Shown here piece by piece: positions 57,923-64,000 of a DNA stretch of 64,000 nt. The notes under the pieces are model-generated. The model was not told where the DNA came from. It was given only the letters and a program-made list of their open reading frames with translations, and ran no database searches. Position 1 is the first letter of the stretch. Each line of letters opens with the position of its first letter. Source of the DNA: an uncultured Planctomycetota bacterium (GTDB lineage: Bacteria > Planctomycetota > Planctomycetia > Isosphaerales > Isosphaeraceae); contig CAWJTV010000012.1 of assembly GCA_963845755.1 (NCBI GenBank), positions 138,062 to 202,061 on the forward strand. Reading direction: 5' to 3'. The translations under genes and the position numbers were made by a program.

Positions 57923-60900
57923 TAGTTTTCTTCCCACCGTGTGAGCCGGGTGGTTTCGGAAAAGGAGGTTGTGGAGACTTTGGTGGTGGGATGTTGGGTG
58001 GGTGAGGAACCTCATGATCAGCCTCCTCGATCTCCATTTCCAGTTCCGCATCCGCTGCCCGCTCTGCCGCATCGAGGTAGTTCTCCCACCACTTCATCAA
58101 CGCCTCGATCTGGATATCAATTCTGTCATTCTGCTGCTCAATGCGCTGGTGCTCTTGGCCAGCCTGGTACCGGACGTACGGTAACCATTTGTTCCTCCAC
58201 CACTGCCATTGGGACTCGGTTCCCGAGCTCAAGTCAGGAGACCATTGAGATGACGTCGGCGACCGACGCACGTCACCCCCATCCTTGGGCTGGATGTAGG
58301 GATTACCTGGATTACCCCCTGCGTTGGGTCCGTCTGGATATAACGGTCCATCGGGTCGGTAAGGCCCCGGATCCGCTTCTCCTGGTGACCATTTCGTCGT
58401 GGGATCCTTGTTGTCCGTTCCCATCGGGTCAACAGCATCGGTCGGACTGTTACCTACGTAACGGTACAGATCTCGATCTCCACTTGCAAACCCTATAGGA
58501 TCCAACCGCATGAACCTTCCAGTGCCGGGGTCATAGAACCGTGCCCGATCATAGTACTGGCCAGTGACCACATCATACTCCATCCCCGCGAACTTAAACC
58601 GATCGCCGTTGGCCGCGTTGGTCTCGGTGACGATGTTGCCGAAGCTGTCGTAGACGATGTGGTCGAGCTCGGTGCCCGAGGTGCTGACGATGTCCCGGAT
58701 TGAGCCCAGCTTGTCGGTCAGGTACCAGGCCGTCGTTCCACCCGAACTGGTCCGCGCCAGCAACTCGTCGAACCGCCGCGCCGTCCACCACTCCCGGGCC
58801 GGAGACATACCGCACCAGCAGCGTGCCGGAGCCGTTGAAGTCGGCGTAGGGATTGGTGCCGTCGTAGACGGTCCAGGTCTGGGTGCCGCTGTCGTCGATG
58901 CCGATGCGGTTGTTGAGCGCATCGTAAGTGTACGTGGCAATCACTGTACCACCTTGCGTCACCTCCGTCAATCGGTTTCGGTAATCGTACGTATAGGTTG
59001 TAATCACGTGGGTTGACGTGTTGGTCTCGGCGGTCAGGTTGCCGGCCTTATCATACGTATAGGTATATCCCGGCGAGGCGGTCTGTTCGTTGTCGGTGCC
59101 GGTGGAATAGCCGGTCCCGGTACGGTTGCCGTTGGAGTCGTAGGTGTAGGACTCGGTGCGCGAGCCGGTCACGCCTGTCAGCTCGTTGGCGTTGTCGTAC
59201 GTGAAGCTCGCCGTGCCCTCGGCGTCCGTCTCGGAGGTCACCCGGTCGGCCTGGTCGTAGGAATAGACGAACGTCGAGAGGGAAGTTGTCGTGCCGCCGC
59301 TGCCGCTGGGGGTGTACGCCTGATCCGTAATTGTGGTTTGGCGGTTGGCGGAATCGTAGTTGTAGTTTGTATTGATCTGGGTGCCACTGCCGCCGATTGT
59401 GCGCGACTCGGACGTGATCCGGCCGCCGGAGTCGTAGGTGATCGCGACGTTGGGCCCGGCGCTGCCGCCATAAGTCACCGTGATCCCGGTGATTTCGTCG
59501 TCGGCGTTGTAGGTGAAGGTGGCGACTCCCGCACTCGACAGGTTGTCGCCCAGGGTGATACGGTTGTGCTGCGAATCATAGCTCGAGGTGAGGGTCACAC
59601 TGGGCTGATGGGTGCCGGGGCCTGAGGTCGCGGCCGTGGACTGGTTGCCGCCCGAGTCGTAGGTGAAGGTCAGCGTGGCGTAGCTGTCGGACGCGCCGGT
59701 CAGCTCCTGGTCGGCGTCGTACGTGTACGTGATCACATCGAGCTTGCCGCCGGAGGAGGTCAGCCAGGTCTCGCCGGTCTGGTCGCCGCCCGAGTCGTAG
59801 GAATAGGTCGTCCGCCGACCGTCCTGGTCGGTCGTGTCGGTCACCTCGCCGTCGGCATCATAGATGTAAGTCACGGTGCTGCCATTGGGATCCGTCACGG
59901 TTGTGACGCGGTCGTCGGCGTCGTAGGCCCACTGGGTCTTGTTTCCATCGGGGTCCGTCAGGCTGGTCTCGCGGCCTGCGGCGTCGTAGGTGATCGTGGT
60001 CACTCCGCCCACGGCGCTGATCATCGTTGTGACGCGGTTGAGGGCGTCGTAGAGGGTCGTCGTGGTATGCCCGAGGCCGTCGGTCACGGTGATCTGGTTG
60101 CCGCCCGAATCGTAGCCCAGGACCGTGGTATGGCCCAGCGGGTCGGTGATCGTGGTCAATTCGTTAGTCGAATCATATGCATATGATGTTGTATTCCCGT
60201 TCGGGTCCTCGACGGCGATCTGGTTGCCCACACCATCCAGAGTATAGGTTGTGAGGTTATTGAGGGCATCCTCGGTCGCGACCAGTCGATCGTCGTGGTC
60301 GTAGAAGTAGCTGGTCAGGTCGCCGCCGCTCGGCGCGGGGTCGGCCACGCCGGCCTCCTGGCCGGTCGGCGTCCAGGAGTAGGTGGTGACCTTGGAGAGC
60401 GGGTCGGTCACCGGGCCGACCTCGCCGACGTTGTTGTACGCGCTGGTCGTCACCCGGCCCATCGGGTCGACCACCTGGAGGACGTTGCCATCGGCATCGT
60501 AGGTCGTGGTCGTCAGCCCGCCCAGGGGGTCTTCCTCGACGACCGCTCGATCGTCGGCATCATATTCATAGGTCGTGATCCGGCCCATCGGGTCCTTGAC
60601 CGAGATGGCGTTGCCATCCGCGTCATATGCAGTAACCGTCTTGTACCCGAGCGGATCCGTCACCGTCGTCACCCTGTCCATCGAATCGTAAGCGTACTGC
60701 GTCGTCCGGGCCGTCTGTCCGGCCGGGGTCGGCTCCTCGTCGGTGATCAGGTTGCCGCCCGAATCGTAGACCAGGGTCGTGATGTCGTGGAGCGCATCGG
60801 TCGTGCCGGTTTCGCGGTTGAGGGCATCATACGCGTAGGTGGTCGCATTCCCCCGCTGGTCGGTCACCTTGATCACATCGCCCTGGCTGTTGTAGGCGTA

Positions 60901-63695
60901 GAGCGTGGTGGTGTTATTGGCGTAGGTGGTCGTCGTGAGTCGGTCCTGGGCGTCGTACTGGTAACTGGTTGTATGATTGTTTGCATCCGTTGCTGTCTGC
61001 ACGCGGCCAGTACTGGTATACGTCATGGTCGTCAAGTTATTGAGGGGATCCTTGATGACCGTCAGGTTGCCGTTGCCATCGTAGGTGTAGTGGGTGGTGT
61101 ATCCGTTCTCGTCCTGGTAGGTCAGCGGCTCGGCGTCGCTGTTCCAGGTGTACTGGACATTGGTGCCGTCGGGGTAGACTTGCTCGGTGATGTTGCCATG
61201 GCCATCATATGTAAACTGATCGATGTTGTTGAGCGGGTCGATGGCGACGGTCGCCAGGCCGTTGGAGTTGACGTCGTAGGTGGAGATGTTGCCGAGGCCG
61301 TCAACCCCCACGCCGGTCGTGCCCAGGCCGTACCAATCAGGGCGGACGGTCGAGGTGTTGCCGTTGCCGTCGGTGTACGAGCCGACCGCGGCGGCGAAGA
61401 GGGTGGAGGCCGCCGGGCTGCCCGTCGTGCCGCTGTTGGTCCAGCCCTGTTCCTGGAAGGCGCTGAATTCCTCGGTGGCCAGGTCGGGCGACGTGATCGT
61501 ACCGACTCGATCGGCACTGTCGTACACGATCGAAACGACATTTCCGCGCGGGTCCTGGACCGCGGTGAGCTGCCCGCCGGAGCTATAGGTGTAGGTCGTC
61601 CGCGAATCGTCGGCCTGCTCCACGGCCTTGAGGTTGCCGCCGGAGTAGGTGAACGTGGTCAGCCGCGAGGCCGGGTCCTCGATCGTCTCGAGCGCACCGC
61701 CGCTCGGCGCGTAGGTGAAGGTTGTATAGCCGCTGTAGGGATCCTCGACCGAGGTGAGCTGGTGGGAGGCATTGTACGCGAACGTGGTATGCAGGCCATT
61801 CCTGTCGATCGAGGCGGTCTCGTAGCCTCCGGAATTGAAGACGATTTGTGTGCCGTCGGTCAGGGTGCGGGTCCAGCCGCCGCCGGAGCCCGAGTTGGCC
61901 GTCAAGGTGGAGAAATCGCCGGCCGGAGTGGTGTAACTGGTGCCCCCACCGCTGCCGCCGCCGCTGGTCGCGGCGAACCAGAGGCTGCTGTCGGCCCCGC
62001 CGAGGTTGAGGATCACCCCGCCGCTGACCGACGTGATCTGCTCCAGGCCGCCCAGCGTCCAGCCGGCGCCGAGGGGGCTGCTCGACAAGTTGAGCACGGT
62101 GGCCGTGCCGCTGTAAGTCGTTGTCGTCAGGCCGGTGCCGTGGTCGAGGATCTGGACCGAGTAGGGATACCGGTTGGTCGCGAGCGTCCCGGCATTGGCC
62201 AGGATCGCGATCTGCTGGACGTCGCCGGGATTCAGCGAGCTCGTCGAGTAATACCAGGTCGTGCCCCCCCCGCTGTTGAACGTCAGGGTGGCGCTGACCT
62301 TCGACGGGACCGAGCCCGAGGCGCTCAGCGGGTTCTCGGCGACGATGATCGGGCTGGGATCGGCCGCCTGGGAATCGTAGGTCAAGGCGAGAGCGCCGAT
62401 GTTGGGGTTGTAGCTGGGCAAGGGGATGGCCGTATCGAGCGCGCCGGAATTGGCGCTGACGCTCACGCCATCGCTTTGCCACTGCTGGGCGGCCAGGTTG
62501 ACGGTATCCGGTGAGAGGGTCGTCGGGATGGCCAGGCCCCCGCCGCTGCCGCCCGACCCGCCGCCGCCGGTCCCGGCCGGGATCGCGAAGTCATAGGTGT
62601 AGGTCTCGGTGTGGCTGTTGGTGTCGGTGACCGACAGCGTGATCGAATCGTTGTGGGCGGTGTTGTTCAGGCTCTCCCAGGTGAACGAGAGCTCGTAGAT
62701 GCCGCCGCTCGAGATCGAGCTGGCGTCGGACGTGATTCCCGAGGTGTTCCAGTTATACGACGAGACGGTGGTCCCGGAGACCTGGGCCTCGAGGACCACC
62801 GAGCCACCGAGAGTCGCCTGCTGGAGGACGCCGGGGAAGAGCACGTCGCCATGATTGATATCAAGCACGTACAAGGGGAAGTACGGGAAGCTTCCCTGGG
62901 CCGGCCCCGAGGGCGCCTGGGGGAGCGTGGGCGGAGTGAATGGCAACCCCCCGCCGGAGCGGACGCCGGGGGATTCGCCGGTGGCCGGCTGGGCGGCCGA
63001 CGCGACGATGGTAGGACCGCCCGTCGAGTGAGCGGGCGCGGCGATCGGCGCGGCCGCGATGGGCTGCTGGCCGCTGGCGCCGGCGACCGCGGCCAGCAAC
63101 GCCGCCGAGCCCGCCGCACCGACGGCGCCACTGCTGCCATTCTGCGGGGCCGGCACGCGGATCGGGCTCACCTGACCCCGCACCCCGGCGATCGCGGCCG
63201 CCTGCGCCCCGTTGCCCGATCCGCCCCGCGGCGGCAGCGCCGCGCCGCCGCCGTGCGCGACCGCCGGATGCCAGGGCGTGCTGATGCCGGATGGCGTCGA
63301 ATCCGCGTTCGTCGCCGGCGAGAGGTCCAGCCAATCGTCGGATTCTGGATTCGGGATTCTCGATTCCGGATTGACGGCCGTGCCGCCGGCGCCCGTCGCA
63401 TGACCGCCCGCGCCGGGACTCATCCCGGCCGGCCCGATCCCGATCGCGAGGAAGTTGCCGGTGTCGCCCTGGGCCTGCGCGACGCTCGTCGCACCGGTCG
63501 GGACTGCGGGGTCGATCCGCGAATTACCCCCCCATTGATTGCATCCATGCCGCCATTGGGCTTGCCGATCGACAGGATGCCGAGACCCGCCGCGGCGGCG
63601 CCGATGGGGGTCACCGTACTCCGGTTCTCGAGCTGGAGATGATCCACCTTGAGACTCAGGGCCCGACGTCTTCGCTCTCGGTCGTAGCGCGGCAT
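57909..63695 (-). CDS. Rhs/YD-repeat protein of about 1900 aa, frameshifts near 63520 and 58780
   Basis: GAGGAG RBS, MPRYDRERRRRALSLKVDHLQLENR leader, many YD repeats, core YLTDKLGSIR...YYDRARFYDPGTGRF...NSPTDAVDPMG, Pro-rich C-terminal tip. Confidence 0.92.
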
Positions 63696-64000
63696 GGTGC
63701 GGCTCCTCGGGATCCCCTGGCCCGGCATTCCGCCACCCCCCTCCCCGACGGGGAAGGGGAATGGATCGCGGCAAGTCCGGCGCGCGAGATCCCCTGGCGG
63801 CGAGCCCGCTCCCTCCGGGGCGGACGCGCGACAATCCACGGCGCGGATCTTCCACGCCGCAAGAGACGATGATCGAAAGTGAGCACGACAAGCGGGCCGA
63901 GTCGGTCGGGATCCGGATGGGTCAGGATCGGCGATCGCCGCGGCAATCGGGGCGATCGGAATGCAACCCCCATGCGGTCGAGATCGGCTTGGTGATATCG

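Overview
GC-rich accessory region with Planctomycete hallmarks (ECF sigma factor with a long extension, WD40 proteins, membrane Ser/Thr kinase, Rhs with an RRR..L..LE.R leader); the taxonomy is inferred. Many long genes are broken by single-base frameshifts, so either uncorrected long-read indels or broad decay is likely. Contents: a giant WD40 gene, di-heme oxidoreductase, rhomboid, kinase-DNRLRE, FAD oxidoreductase, defence remnants, two PIN toxin-antitoxin pairs, TPR-glycosyltransferase/methyltransferase genes, and an Rhs-WD40-glycosyltransferase-WD40 cluster. The mobilome is dense and nested: ISL3, two IS66, an IS701 remnant, ISKra4, two copies of a poly(A)-targeting Mutator-like IS, two IS4-type MITEs, RAYT with REPs, a group II intron 3' remnant, and two IS110 copies. 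Best findings: (1) the IS110 copies fill two units of a 24-bp triple repeat whose third unit is empty, so the target (ATGTCCC-CT-TTTCC), donor (TGGCTGT-CT-GGTAT) and matching guides in a downstream bridge-RNA-like region can be read directly; (2) a secreted FG-GAP protein with an in-frame UGA (W-U-C) followed by a SECIS-like hairpin, a candidate selenoprotein; (3) an IS that duplicates A7 and has landed in the slippery site of another IS; (4) a 19-unit heptamer tract that could switch a glycosyltransferase reading frame.
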